Assembly: GCA_040954595.2 (NCBI GenBank)
Contig: CM082585.2
Location: 6,163,808-6,227,807, forward strand
Reading direction: 5' to 3'
Source: Balanoglossus misakiensis
Lineage: Eukaryota; Animalia; Hemichordata
DNA: 64,000 nucleotides
Below the pieces are notes generated by a model. The model had not been told where the DNA came from. It saw only the letters and a program-made list of their open reading frames with translations, and did not search any database. Made by a program: the position numbers and the translations under genes. This document shows, piece by piece, positions 49,915 through 63,321 of this stretch (position 1 is its first letter; every line of letters starts with the position of its first letter).

Positions 49915-50637
49915 TGTTATGTAAGTTAAGTTTGCTATTGTTTTCGTGACCAGGTGCGTTGATCGTTGACTTTCGTTATTTGAATAATTATTTGCGTGAC
50001 CAGGTGTGGTGCATTCATTACTTTTCTCGTATAAAAGCCTGTACGTTGCCACGTGGTGGGGAAGCTGCTAATTTGAACTGGCCTGTGAGTTGTGTTCCGT
50101 TCTAACCGGTCTGGAAAAGCCGCGTCTGGAAGCCGCGTCTGGAAACTGTGCTGTCTCATGTTGTACATGTACTGGTCTGGAAGCCGTGCTGTCTCGTGTG
50201 AAATTGGCCTGGAAACCATGCAGTCTACTGGTGGATTTGCCGGAGCCCTACTCGGACTGAACGCCGGGAACTGTCGCGGTGTGGTCGCGTTCTTCGCAAA
50301 CTACGGAACCACGGAGCATTGGACTTGACTTAGTCTTTATTTCCACACGTGGACACATTCAAGGTAGTCTCTTATTTTTGTGTGTTTTTCAGTGTACAAT
50401 CATTTAATATTTATCATTGCTTTATCTTTTGCCGTCTAACACACAAACCAAGGCAAAACATCGAGGTACTGAATGCAGGCGTGTACCAGCATAGATCACA
50501 GCCTGCAGGGTTTATTGCGTCGAAATCATAGGGCTTCATGGCCACCACTCGTAAACCGCGTAGTCTCATCCATAATTTTTTCGTGCGTTCGAATCCTGTG
50601 GGCAAAAATCCTAAAACACCGTTACTAAAATGTGACA
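49915..50637 (+). mobile_element. Possible solo LTR
   Basis: TGTTATG...TGTGACA ends, internal TATAAAA, short internal repeats (GTCTGGAAGCCG), and absence from the paralogous unit 1. No TSD was found. Confidence 0.4.
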
Positions 50638-51529
50638 TTGTAAATTATGATAGCCTAGTCTAATTTTAATCTACTTTTAATATGAAATAACATGAATAAT
50701 ATAGATAAGACTTTAGATATATGGTCGATGATTTCAGCCAGAACACGCGTGATCGGGTGTAGTTTGAGTCTGAGGTCGCATTTGGATAAAGGGGTACAAC
50801 GTATAATTGAAGGTGTTCGAGTCCACATAATTGCGTAGACTCTGTTTCGGCTTTATTTTTGATGAGTTCAAATCACTTTTTGTTGCCATGGTTGTTGTTG
50901 CCATGGTTACAAACTGTTTGTTGAAGAAGTTTAATTTTTTTTCATTAGTTTCATTTGGTGGTGGGGTATTATCCTAGGGAGATCAAATGAACGCTAGTAT
51001 CGGCTAGCCCAGTAGATATTCACGTATAGGAATACATGTATTGAATTTCAATTTCTTTCTGCGACCAACTATGAAAGTCTCAGAAAGACACAAACAGTTG
51101 AATCGCGTGTAATTTATGTGAAAGATATCGCACGTAAGATTTACAATATATATTTCGATTACTATCTACTTTTCAGGTATTCGTAAAGTTTTTCAAGTTG
51201 TCATCTGTGATTTTTCCCACACATTTATACAAAAGAGCATTGACATCGCAAGGTGACTTTGGTGCATGGAGAGGTCGTGACTAGCGTGTCATTACGGGAA
51301 AACATGAACCGTTATTGTCCAATCAAAAACACCGGGGCTTAGACGAAATACTTTTTGGATTGAACTGTAAAAGATAAAACGATATTATAGCTTTAACCAT
51401 AGACCATGGAGCATCAGGGTCTATGCTTTAACACGTGTCCGAGACACACAGACATCAGGGTTATTATTAAAATCCAGGTTCTACACGGACCGATAGTCGC
51501 GCGCACTCAGACACGCAAACAAACACAGA

Positions 51530-51592
51530 TAGACAAACAAACAAACAAACAAACAAGCAAACAAACAAACAAACAAACAAACAAACAAACAA
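51530..51592. repeat. (CAAA)n microsatellite
   Basis: Direct reading. Confidence 0.9.
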
Positions 51593-52433
51593 AACACTTT
51601 CATGCATTGTTTTGCAATTATTATGTTTCAAACTAGTGTCATTTTCAAGAGATAGTTTGCGTTCAATACTGACACGGAATCGCTCATAGCGGAAAGACCT
51701 AGCTCTGTCTACCTGGTTAGCTGCAGTTCAGTAGCTCGATGTTTTGTCTTGGTTTTGCCGTCTAACACACAAACCAAGGCAAGACCTCGAGCTACCGAAT
51801 GCAGGTATGTACAAGTCTGTGTGTTTCGGCGTTACTCAATTTTAACCCCGGCAGCCAACTTCGACACTCTCTACCATTGTCATGATTGTGCGAGGTCCTT
51901 ATAATTTCAAGCGGGTAAAATTTTGAGTGCTCCTTGGAAAATTGGCTGAAATACATAAACGGACCAAGGATTTTTTTCGCGAAAGGAGTTTTGGGCCCAG
52001 AAATCATCAGTCTGGTAAAGGTCGTTTTATTGGATTACGGTCACTTTGTTCAAATGTTCGCTGAAATGGCCAGGTGATTCGGAGTCGGTCGGCAGCTGTG
52101 TTAATAATGGAAATTCCCCGTGCAATAAAAACTAATGGCTCTCGCCATGAAAAAGTGATCAGGTACGTATCTCTCACCAACTTTTTATCTTCTTGATAGT
52201 TAATCTACTTGTTTTTAGTTGTAAATTATTTGCACTAGCATGTTTTACTGATATGGCAAAGCGCGGTTTTCTTCCATGTGAAATCAACTGACATGTCGAG
52301 TGTTTATCGTTTGCAATCTAGGTATACTCTACTTTCTACCCTTATCTCGATATGATTTTCTATCGAAATGATTGAACTGATATCGTGTGAGGCGATGGCG
52401 TGTACGTATCTGATAGGAAACTACAGGTTTATG

Positions 52434-52441
52434 TATAAATA
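52434..52441 (+). promoter_or_regulatory. TATA box of lipase copy 2
   Basis: TATAAATA ~60 nt upstream of ATG 52497; paralogous to 46792. Confidence 0.7.
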
Positions 52442-52496
52442 TGGCCTTGAAAACCCATTTCTTTTCACTCTCACAGCGCACAGCCAGCGGATCAAC

Positions 52497-53729
52497 ATGA
52501 AAACTTTGATCACCATTTCGCTTTTCTGCTTTTGGCAGACATGTAAGTTTATATACGTGCATGTTGTTGTACTCGAACCAGACCAATCTCCTGGAATTGA
52601 ACTGTGAGCTATTTGCGAGTCCATTCACTTTATTCGCACTAAAACTGTAAATGTTGAAATTTGATGACATTTTCTCTACCGCGACTGGCGGACGTCCCTT
52701 TTCGCCATCCAGAAAGGGGCGTTTGATCCCATATATTTTCGCGTTAATTTTATTTGTAAAATCTTTCTAAATTTAATTAATTACAAATAGTTTCAAAGCC
52801 ATGAATACAGCATATGCACAGAGATATTCCGCCATACAGTTACATATATCTATTATTACTTTTTTGACAGGTTTTGCGGCACATTTTCCAGTCGAGTTCC
52901 GACTGTTCACGAAAGCGAACCCAACCACTTACCAGGTTGTCACCACCGGCTTAACACCCTCGCTGCTCAACTCCAACTTCGACAAATTCAAGGACACCAA
53001 GTTCATCACCCATGGTTACACGGAAAGTGCCACCACCAGTGTCTGGATGGCAAAAATGAGAGATGAACTTCTGGCTTACGTAAGTCCGTGCACAACTTAA
53101 AAATATGATTGTGCCTATACGCATGCGTTCACACACGACAAGTTCTGCATATCATTTTTTATCGAAACAGTCAGCTTGGATAATGACCATTATATACATT
53201 GACCCCTCAGATGGTTATTTAAGGCTGTCTGCTTAAGAATTTGAGTTTGAGAAGGTTCAATATCTAAATTATATTTACTCTTAATTCAATTTTATTTATA
53301 CTTTAGATAAACCACGTAATATAATTGCGAAATTGACCCATTTTGTGTAACTTGTCCCTGAAATGGTCGTTCTAATTTGTTTTGAAAAGCGTTTTACAAA
53401 AATACGTTTTGTTTTATTCCTATTCGTAGGGAGACTACAATATTTTCTTGGTGGATTGGACAGAAGGTGCGGACGCAATCAGATATGACGTCAGCGCCGA
53501 CAACGCAGAACTGACAGGCGAAGAAATATACTGGTTTGTCGACTTTCTCAAGAGTTCCGTGGGCTACTCCGAAAGCAGAGTTCATCTGATTGGATTCAGT
53601 CTCGGCGCCCAGGCGTCTGGAGCTGCCGGAAAACGCATGCCAACTATTGCCAGAATTTCAGGTAAATGAGAGACTCGCCGGTTGGACAGAAAGAGGGGCA
53701 GAGAGATAGGGCCTACAGAGACAGAGAGT

Positions 53730-53789
<60 letters not shown>

Positions 53790-55510
53790 AACAAGGCACA
53801 GAGACAGACAGAGGCAGAGACAGACAGAGAGAGAGAGAGGGAGGCAGAGAGATAGAGAGAGATAGAGAGAGACGGAGAGAGACAGAGATTAGGCACAGAG
53901 ACACAGACAGTCAGAGGCAGAGCTGAATACATAGGTTATAGTTTCTTTTCAGGCACAGATTTTGTCTCCTTGGTCAAACGTTCCCACAATTTACTTTGTA
54001 AAGAGACGTTTGGTGTTTAACGACGTGACACATTCTTCATCATCTTAGGATTGGATCCCGCTGGTCCTGGATTTGACAATTACGGCCTTGAAAAGAAATT
54101 GGATTCCACCGATGCCCAGTTCGTTGATATCATCCACGTCGATGGTAACACGGTTGGGGGCGCCGGATGTTGGTATCCTGTAAGTATCACCGTCAACTAT
54201 AATTGTATCAAAAATTTTCAACCATGTCTGTAGGCTATAGTAGTCTGGACCCAGTGAGAGTCTATCTAAAACGCGCATCTCCCCAGTCCCGTCATTCAAC
54301 AGAATTCTGTTGTCATTTGCATGGCATTTGTATCGAAATATTTTACCCCGTCGGCTTGTGTATTATGAACAGAAGTCAAGACAGGTTGAGGCAATAATAC
54401 CTTAATTTAAACTTCTTTTTTTCAGAGTGGTCATGTTGACTTCTATCCCAATGGTGGAAAGGCACAACCAGCCTGTAGTGTTGCTAAAAGAGACGTCGGC
54501 GCTACCGGAGGTGAGTTCTTTTTCTCCTAAAGGAACACTCTTTATAAATCAATGTAGCATTAAACTCAAGAAAACACTGTTACTGTGAAGATTCGCTCAG
54601 TCCTTATTTTACCTGCAAAACTTTTCAAGTATAGATCTGATAGTTTAGAAGCAATGTCAGTGCTATTCTATTGGCGGCAGATATAGCAGCGTATCACAAT
54701 TTGTACGTTGGTGTACACCAGTTCTGTTTTAATATAAATTGGTTTTCTCTGTAGAAAACTACAGATGATATGTTGAAAAATGATTGCAGTCTACTCCTTT
54801 CTAAACACAGCCGTATCTCGGATATTTTAGAGACGTATTTTTTACAAGTGAAGAAAGAGGCCGATTAGTTCAAAAAGTTTGCGAGATCGCATGCGCAGTA
54901 GACTATGGTCAACTTCACAAAGCCAAAACAGAACTTTGAAATTCACGGAGTATGCATCAGTTATACACAGACCCTCGTAGTATTGTTGGGATAGGAAATT
55001 CGTATTTAATATGTGGAATGAATTTATGGCTTGCACAGAAAATAAACAGAGGTGGTCTGACGGCCATAGCCACACGGTCGTACATGTACAGTACTAGCTA
55101 TTACGTACCATGATTCTTTTAAAATTGAATTGACAATTAATCAATCCACATTAAATATCCTTTTACACAGTAGCATTCGTATGAATGGGCATTCTACACG
55201 TTGGAGAATATCTTAACATTTGTACAATTTTGTTAATTTTTCGGTTCTGTGCACGTAGTGTCATGTACTTACCCAATTCTTGTCTTGTCTGTCGCTTGCA
55301 GATCTTGGCTGCGACCACACGATGGCGCCCGAGTATTACATCGAATCCATCAACATTGCGTGTAGCTACGAGTCGTGCCCCTGTGCCCTTGGTGAGATTT
55401 GTACTGGCTGTACTTCTGGGTTCAATTATATGGGTTTCCACGCCAACAATAGTCCAACCGGTGTATTCTACCTGGATACAAACGCACTGAGCCCCTACTG
55501 CCAGAAATAG
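52497..55510 (+). CDS. Pancreatic lipase-family / phospholipase A1-like protein, copy 2 (6 exons, ~303 aa, no PLAT domain)
   Basis: Exons 52497-52542, 52871-53079, 53430-53661, 54049-54179, 54426-54510, 55302-55510. Exon sizes are identical to copy 1 (46/209/232/131/85/209), with the same catalytic motifs. Confidence 0.92.
53690..53920. repeat. (GA)n microsatellite with degenerate GAGACA flanks in lipase 2 intron 3
   Basis: Pure (GA)n at ~53732-53781; absent from the lipase 1 intron. Confidence 0.9.
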
Positions 55511-55904
55511 ACACCGACAGAGAGAGAAAAAAAACGCGCACCATAATGATGTACCTGGGCTGAATCCTTCAAGCTTTGCAAATCTGATCATTGTAGAAGT
55601 CTTCTAGGAGATACGTAATGCGGACTAGAATCACAAAAAGATATAATTCGAAACATTTGAAAAGTCATTACTAGTTGTTGTTGTTGTTTACCAACCATAA
55701 GGCAATAAAAACAAGTATAGTTTTCAACAACCCCTGGTAAATTCTCTTTCATTTAGGTAGCGTTCACAAACATGTTTGGAGAGGGGATGGGAGAATTTGA
55801 AAAAAAAAAAGATTATGCATCTCGCCATGTCTACTATCAAAACAAGTACCCCCTCCGTACCCGTACTAATTTTGAAGTCCCTTGCTTCCTGTTGTGCCTC
55901 TGTC

Positions 55905-55976
55905 TAGTCTCGGTTACCCAGACTCCTCTGCTTCTCCCCAACGGAAGAAGCATAGGAGTCTGGGTAACCGAGACTA
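55905..55976. mobile_element. 72-bp hairpin micro-MITE (TAG...CTA) with 9-bp TSD
   Basis: 31-bp arms (1 mismatch) beginning TAGTCTCGGTTACCCAGAC, 10-nt loop, flanked by GCCTCTGTC on both sides. Confidence 0.85.
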
Positions 55977-56396
55977 GCCTCTGTCTAAATTAAAGTGGTA
56001 CTAATGTTAATGTTGCATACACACTTTGAATTACTTGCATCTTGCCCAAGCAGGGTCGAATTGTCGACCTGTTACTTTTAGTATTACTGTAACCTGGCTT
56101 CTATTGCCATTAGACGATTTACATTGTCATTGATGGCTGTTAAATGTTCATGGCATCAATTCACCACATCTCTGTGGTCACAGTTTTCAGCCCACATCCC
56201 CTTTAATATACGCGTAGTGTAAGAATGTTGAAGCCCCTCCCCCTTGCCTCATCCCAGCTGTACTGTAAAGCCGTTTCTGACTGAATCAGAAGACAGCCTT
56301 TTGTGTATTACACGGACAGAAACTACAACGTGCCAGATGACAGTTGCAGCAGCTAGCAGGGTGTGCTCACCCATTCAGGAAACTGAGTGCGATTAA

Positions 56397-56481
56397 CCCT
56401 TTCACCACCATGGTTCAGCCCAAACCCATTGTTTTCTATGGTAAGGTTTGCCCTTTAACGAGGGAACTGGGGGTGAGAGGG
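56397..56481. mobile_element. ~85-bp piggyBac-like MITE copy (inverted)
   Basis: TTAA|CCCTTTCACCACCATGG...GGGGTGAGAGGG|TTAA. Confidence 0.8.
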
Positions 56482-58009
56482 TTAAGTTTGCATGTTAGAA
56501 CAGCGAATGCGAGACAAATTATTCTCTGAAAATTCCAAACACGTCGATTTATTTCCTTAAACAGAAAAATCAATTTGCCAAGCAAAGATACCGACTAGAA
56601 ACTATAACAAACACAAAGACATCTGATGCATCTGTTTGGAAACAGTGGTATTGCTTTAAATTCCCACATCACAGGCATTTCAACTCGAATTCTCTTCAGC
56701 ATCTACCAGTAGTACATTATGGACAGCAACACTTCATTTCTATAATACACCACTCTGCAACATTATGTACACGCACTCTAGTTCTCGGAAATATTTTCAA
56801 GGCCCTGCAATGAAAAAAGTCAGAAAGAAAATTGGTGATTATTGGGTTTTTGATACTCTGACTGACTTCAAGGAGGAAGCAAGATGTATCATCTTTCTCA
56901 GCAGGGCATCAGAAGTGCATTTACTTTCAAGTTCAGTATGTGATGCCAGTTGTAGTTTCGGCATGTAGACAAGCAAAGGCAAAATACAGTGAATACTAAG
57001 CTACAACTCCTTAGGAGGCGATCAATAATGTTGGAACTTTCTGACAAAATCTGAACCTAGGCTATACTTACTTTAGTATGGAAAACTTTCCCAGCTAATC
57101 TTTCATCTCTTTTCAACATCGCCCAATCCCATCGGCATTTTACTTGGCGTTTTATCTGCAAGATAACACATAAAATTACATCATCACACATGCAAATACT
57201 TCACTATATAAATTTCAGATTGATATTTCATACAACAAATATAACATTGTGTGTGCATCTTAATCCCTCCTCTTGGCCTTTGTGAACTAACCCTATGGAG
57301 ACCTACAATGTAATTTATAATGGTAAAACAGTTGACAAAATTGCCACATTTACTGATCCATCCCACATCCTATAAAATTCCTTTACCTGATAAAAAGTTA
57401 AAGAAAAAACCTCATCTGGTATGCACCAGGATAAACTGATATTTAATATATAAACTGAATGTATCGGCCCTTGAGAGATGTACTACATGTACATGTACAG
57501 TCCCAGCCAGGGTCACGTAAACTAGTTTGTTATGAACTCACCTTGCCACCGTTCTGTACCCTCTGGAAGCCTTCATTTGCCAGACCAACAACTGTTATCA
57601 TAGCAGTTATGATGACAAAACCTGGCAGAATCTCATACCACATGGCTGCAACACCTGACGTTCAATTTACCGATGTTATTGAAAATAATATTTTACATAC
57701 TACAGTACAAGTTCGTGCAACCAATATGGCAGCTGCCCCTAATACTGCCTAGTACTTTTCGAAAGCCTGAAATGAAATCGAGAAGATGATATGTAAATAT
57801 TCATAAAATTCCATCAGTCAATTTTTCTTGTAAAATCTCGATTTAATACAAATTTTGGACACCAAAAGTAATAAATATAGACAGTTAGGTGCATAAATAT
57901 ATTTAAATTTAAATAAGTATCTTGTTCGAGGATGATAACCAAACGCCTTATGGGAAATATCAAGGTTTACATGTACGCAGACTCAGTAGACTTCGTACAA
58001 CTTTACAAC

Positions 58010-60849
58010 ATGGTAAGTTGCACAACATTCTTCAAAAATTGCATACGTATAATATTTTACAATCTAAATATGCCAATGCCGAATTAATTAACTGTTTCCT
58101 TGTCATAATTAACCACAGCACAAGCTGAAATCGTCCCAGAGGGAGAAAGTGCGGCAGTTTATAGCATTCACGAACACGGGTGAAAAGACTGCCATTTACT
58201 GTCTGTCGCAGCACGACTGGAAGTTGGACGTCGCTTCCGATAACTATTTCACCAATCCAGAGATTTATTACCGCGAACCCAAAGCCGCAGTTGACAAGAG
58301 AAATCTCGATAAACTCTACAACAGGTACAAAGGTAAGCAGCTCTTTCCAGAACCAGTCTGACTTGTCCAAACCTAGGGATTCTTCTAGGTCAGTCTAAAA
58401 ATAGAATATGACATTGCCATCTTTGTTATTGTTTTCGTTGAACCCGAATATGTTGCTTGCCCGTGTTGCTCACGACCCACTCTCAAATTTCTTGGCGTAT
58501 ATGATAAAGCTTACACGTGTCTTACGTCTAGATGACTCTCTGCAGCAGGTATGATTGTTTAATATATGAAAAATCGCTGTCTTCTGGCTGTCCTGATGGT
58601 TGGACAGATATACAGGAAGTGGCTGTTACTACTCAGCTTAGTCAGTATGCTGTTTCCGGTTAGCTCATGAAAATGGCTAACTGAAGCACATATTGTCTCG
58701 CATAGAGTCTTCAACACATATCTGCACCCCACATACGAATTCATATATTGTATATTCAAATTTCTGCTGCTGTGGTTGACAGTTACATGATGTCATTCAA
58801 TCCAATGATGTGAACGATTTTTAAGAGGTCTATTGGCGCCCACCCAATACTATAAGTAGACATTACATGCCTTGGATTATATTATTAAGATATTCAATTC
58901 CTAACTGAACTAAAATGCACTAACAATAATGCACAATAATAATGGTTTACTGTATATAGCCTCATGGACAGAGACTAGGAAAATGGCATCCAGAATATGC
59001 TGACAAAAATCTGGTCAAAATTGTCCATGTTGCAGTAAATTAATCTGTCAACAGACATCAAGGGAATAACTCTGATTCAACACATGTATATAAATATTTA
59101 ACTATCAATATTCCTTCACAGATTCACATGAAGAAGATAAAATACTTGCAGAGGGTGTTGCAAAATTTATTGACGACTTAAACTTAGATCCTACGAGCAG
59201 GACGGTACTCATAATTGCATGGAAATTCAAAGCTGCAACGCAATGTGAATTTACGTGGAAGGAATTTATTGATGGAATGACAGAACTTGGGTGAGTACTT
59301 AAGTATTAGTACAAGGATTGTTAAGTACCTTAACCCTTTCATCACCATGGTTTGGTCCAAATCCATTGTTTTCTATGGTAAAGTTGGACCTCTTTTGAGG
59401 GATATGGGGGTGAAAGGGTTAATGTTATTGTTGCTTTTTTTTTTTTTTTAAACATAGTTTATTATGTTAAGCTTATCAAATGATGTTGCTTTAAGGCATT
59501 CATATGATAAGACTAGAATTCTGAAAAGTTCAAGGGTTTCATGATATGTCTAAATAGGTCATTTTTATAATGCAATGCAGTGTGCTCACCAGGAATTTCT
59601 GATACAGTATCGGCAAATTTGCATAACAATACATTAATTTTTGTGATAATGAGTTTATATTGTTCTCCCCTAATCAAAGGGTATCAGCTGGCACTCTTCA
59701 ATTGTTCTGGGGAGAACACTGCAATGTTTTTGTGTGATACATTTTACTCATAATCTCTTTTTTCATGTTTTGACAGTTGTGATTCTACTGAAAAACTCAA
59801 GAACAAACTCTCACATTTAGAAAATGAAATCAGAGATACAGTCAAATTTAAAGACTTGTACCAGTTTACTTTTAATTTTGCCAAAAATCCAGGCCAGAAA
59901 GGTTTAGGTAAGCAATACACTTTCACTCATACAGTATTATAATGTGGTGTCACACGGCTTCACAGATTACTGATAATTTTTGTCTAGTCAGCTGAAGTAC
60001 ACAAAATTCACTTGTTTGTGCTGGTGGACTCAATCAGTGCTTAACAAATATTTGTTGGGATGTTTTTGCTAGTAAGTGATACACAGTTCAAGTCTTGTAT
60101 ACTATTGATTCGAAGTTGCAAACTAACAATGTTTGTTGGTGTCTTGCAGATCTTGATATGGCCATAGCATATTGGAATATAGTTCTTGCGGGAAAATTTA
60201 AATTTTTAGACCTTTGGTGCAAATTCCTTAAAGTAAGTCTGAATTTTATTATTTTCTCTTCATCAGTTCATCATACCAAACTTAGATTCTTCAGTGATGC
60301 AAAATCTGAAGTCAAGTCCAATGGAACAATTAGACTTTATACCTTGCTTTATGGTATGTGTGGCAGTAGTGGACATTTTTGTTGTTGTATTTTTCTCCAG
60401 GAACATCACAAAAAGTCGATCCCGAGAGACACGTGGAATTTACTGCTGGATTTCAGTAACATGATAGCAGACGATATGGGCAATTATGATGAAGAAGGTA
60501 AGTGATCGTGAGAGGGGTGAAAAGGGGAGGAGGGGAGATCAAAGGAGGGAGAGGGGGAGTTAACAAGAGAACTGGACTTGAAAACTATCTAGAGAAAATC
60601 AGAAAATTTTCTCTGAAACAGCTAGCTCTATAGTATTTTTACATTTTCACTGGAATTTAGTTTGGCGGATTTTGTCCTTCAGTGAAAATAGTGGAATTAA
60701 AACCCAGTGAAACCGTTTTACACTACTTTTGTTTAACTCTCCTAATCCTGTTTTCTGTTTTTCTCCCCGTAGGAGCATGGCCTGTTTTGATAGATGATTT
60801 TGTCGAGTTTGCAAAACCATTTGTTCAAGGCAAGAGCACAACAGTTTGA
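58010..60849 (+). CDS. DCUN1D1: DCN1-like protein 1 (NEDD8 E3 co-factor; UBA-like + PONY domain), 7 coding exons, ~257 aa
   Basis: Exons 58010-58012 (ATG only), 58119-58332, 59122-59290, 59777-59907, 60150-60232, 60401-60497, 60773-60849 (774 nt). [15 protein letters not shown]...[77 protein letters not shown]. Confidence 0.95.
59334..59418. mobile_element. ~85-bp piggyBac-like MITE copy (inverted) in a DCUN1D1 intron
   Basis: TTAA|CCCTTTCATCACCATGG...GGGGTGAAAGGG|TTAA. Confidence 0.8.
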
Positions 60850-63120
60850 CAGTGTAGCAACCAGTAGTGAGACTATAAACTTTCAGGACATCCAATGTAG
60901 AAAAATAATCCTACGATGTGAATAAGAACCAGCGCATGTAGAAATACATGTATTGTGGTAACGAATCCTAGCTTTCTTCTCTTTGGGAGATTTTAGTAGT
61001 TTTGATTTCAAGGTCTTTTATACCCCTTTTAATATCATTAATTTCTGCGATACCCCCGTGCGGGACAGTATTTTTTTGAGTCCTTTGTTTGTGTAAATGT
61101 TTTCAATTCCCACGCTGTGCTGAGTTGAGTTGACAAGCTCTGTTTCTTCTCACTAATCATCGCGAAATTTCCACACTCCAATATTTATTTTCCGTGTTTT
61201 GACCAGAGAGTGACAATCAGCGATCAGAATAATTACATATTTTTATGTGCCCCTGTGTTCTTAATTGATGAAAATTGTGACCCCATTTGAATTCAGATCT
61301 TTCATACTTTGTACATGTGTAGTGCAATTTTTATTCTTGGCAACCAGTGGGGGTGTATCGATACACACAAGAGTGTTCGTTCACCAGATTCAACTGCTAC
61401 CTGTACTGTGAGATTTAACTAATCACCTTCCAAGCTTGCGTTTTGTAACCAGAGCTCTTAGGTGTAGGTTGTGCATACATCACACTTGTCTGATAAATAA
61501 GCTGGCCGGAAAACCAGAAAATTATAAGCAAGGGTGTTCATATCAAGGCTTTCATGGGTAATTATGAGGTGAACTGAGGACATCAGGAGTGGATCAGGCA
61601 CAACTTATCTGATTAGCAGCGCACACACACAGTTGTTCATACCGGGTAAATGCCACAAGATCTACTACATTTTTCCTATTTTCTCTATTGATGTAGATGA
61701 AAATGAGTTATTTCATTTCCCTTGGAACAACATTTCTTTACAAGTATCATCAGAAATTGCAATTACTTGTACCTCACATTGATCTGATAACAAAACAAAT
61801 TGGTGTTGGATTTTCCTTTGAAAGATCCATACTATGCCAACACAGTTTGGTTCTTTGAGCCAAGTCTCGTACAGTCTATAGGAAAATCATAATAGTAGAA
61901 TAGTTTCCAAGCGAATTCTCCATAGAAACTTTATGGTAGAATTACAGAGAAAAATCTGGCTCTGAGGAACTGTGTGTACATTTTAACCTGCCTTCCTATT
62001 TATATTAAAAGTTTAAGCGAAATTGCCATTTAACAATGTGAACATGGATTTTTATTTTCTAAATATTGCAGTTCCTGTACACTCACTGATTTTGACATGA
62101 CATATCTGACAGTACAGTTGTGGTACGATTTCAAATTATCTGTCCACTTTCTTTCTATCTGCCCGTTTGTGACATGATCATCTTACAGTTTGTGGTCCTG
62201 TGTTTTTTTTCTTTCTTTGAAAAGTAGTGCCTCCTTATCGAAATTCATCGGCCACACAACATGCAAATAATTGTTAACTTGAAGGGTCCATTCTTGACAC
62301 TACTTGGTACTTTTAATACTGTAGCAAACAACTCACATTTGATAGACCAGGTGACTTCTTGAAGAAGGGTGGAGCCTTCATGTCAACATAAAACATTGCG
62401 ATGATGTCAAGTTACTGTAAAATATTTCAGTACAGAACAGCCTTTGGACAGCTCCATACAAGTCCAAGCATTGCAACAGGCCGGCACCATGACCTCTGTG
62501 TGACCTTACATCCTGGTACTTTTGAGATGATACCTAATATGGAAAACTCAACATTCATTGGCCGTGGTTGGCTCTTACAGAGCTTTGAATTGAAAACTGG
62601 ATTCACACAGACAAAAATGCCAGAATGTATTGGACTTGTGTTATGAAATAGGCATATTCTAGGAATCATAAAAATTTGCGCCTGCATAAAGCTATGAAGC
62701 ATTTTACACCGGAAATTAATTAACAAAAAGTGCTCGCTGCTCTTGACATTTTAACTGTAGTATTGCTTTGATTTGATACTTGTTTAGCGTATTTGAAATT
62801 GACATCGAGGTGTGTAAGATTTCCTTTGTTATAATAACACACAACAATATGACTGTGTAAATTTTCTGTACATATACTTTAGTCAACTAGATGTTGTAGG
62901 GTAAGACTAATTCTAGGAATAAAGTCTTGATTGTACATCATTCATAATGAATGCAAGAATCTCGGGTGTCCTGATTTCTAGGCGAACATGCCCAGGGAAG
63001 TAACTCGAAAAAAGGTATTGAATTCACAATTTTTATGAACCATATGAATTTTGGAAAGTCAAGTGTGTACACTGAACTAGATATGGCATTTATTGGCCTA
63101 GAAAGGTCTTATAGGAAAGC

Positions 63121-63321
63121 GGTCATCGCGCCGCATGGGTGTCCCCCTTGATGAGAATATGTCCTCCCATACCAGCGCAAACCCCACTGCAGTCGCCACG
63201 ACCTACTAGGATCTTCAATTGCTGTCATGCGCAGTCTTTGCTACGGTTGGCTGCTTTGTTCATTCTAAGAATTCTCTAATTTCTGTAATGTTTGTAAACA
63301 AACAAATGCGGCGCGATGACC
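63121..63321. mobile_element. ~200-bp MITE
   Basis: 16-bp perfect TIRs GGTCATCGCGCCGCAT / ATGCGGCGCGATGACC. Confidence 0.6.

Larger units (their letters stand above)
45130..55745 (+). repeat. Tandem segmental duplication containing the two lipase genes (units ~45130-49560 and ~49570-55745; boundaries approximate)
   Basis: Paralogous non-coding blocks: 45184 vs 49637 (ATCATCTTTATATGG-AAATAAAAAATGATGAAAAAA), 46081 vs 51651 (GATAGTTTGCGTTCAATACTGACAC), introns 2 and the 3' UTRs. Confidence 0.8.

Noticed and set aside
50575-50605. GTTCGAATCC as a tRNA gene
   Set aside because: I see no A-box, acceptor stem or cloverleaf around it.
53582-53932. ER/SL-repeat ORFs
   Set aside because: They are translations of the (GA)n microsatellite in a lipase intron.
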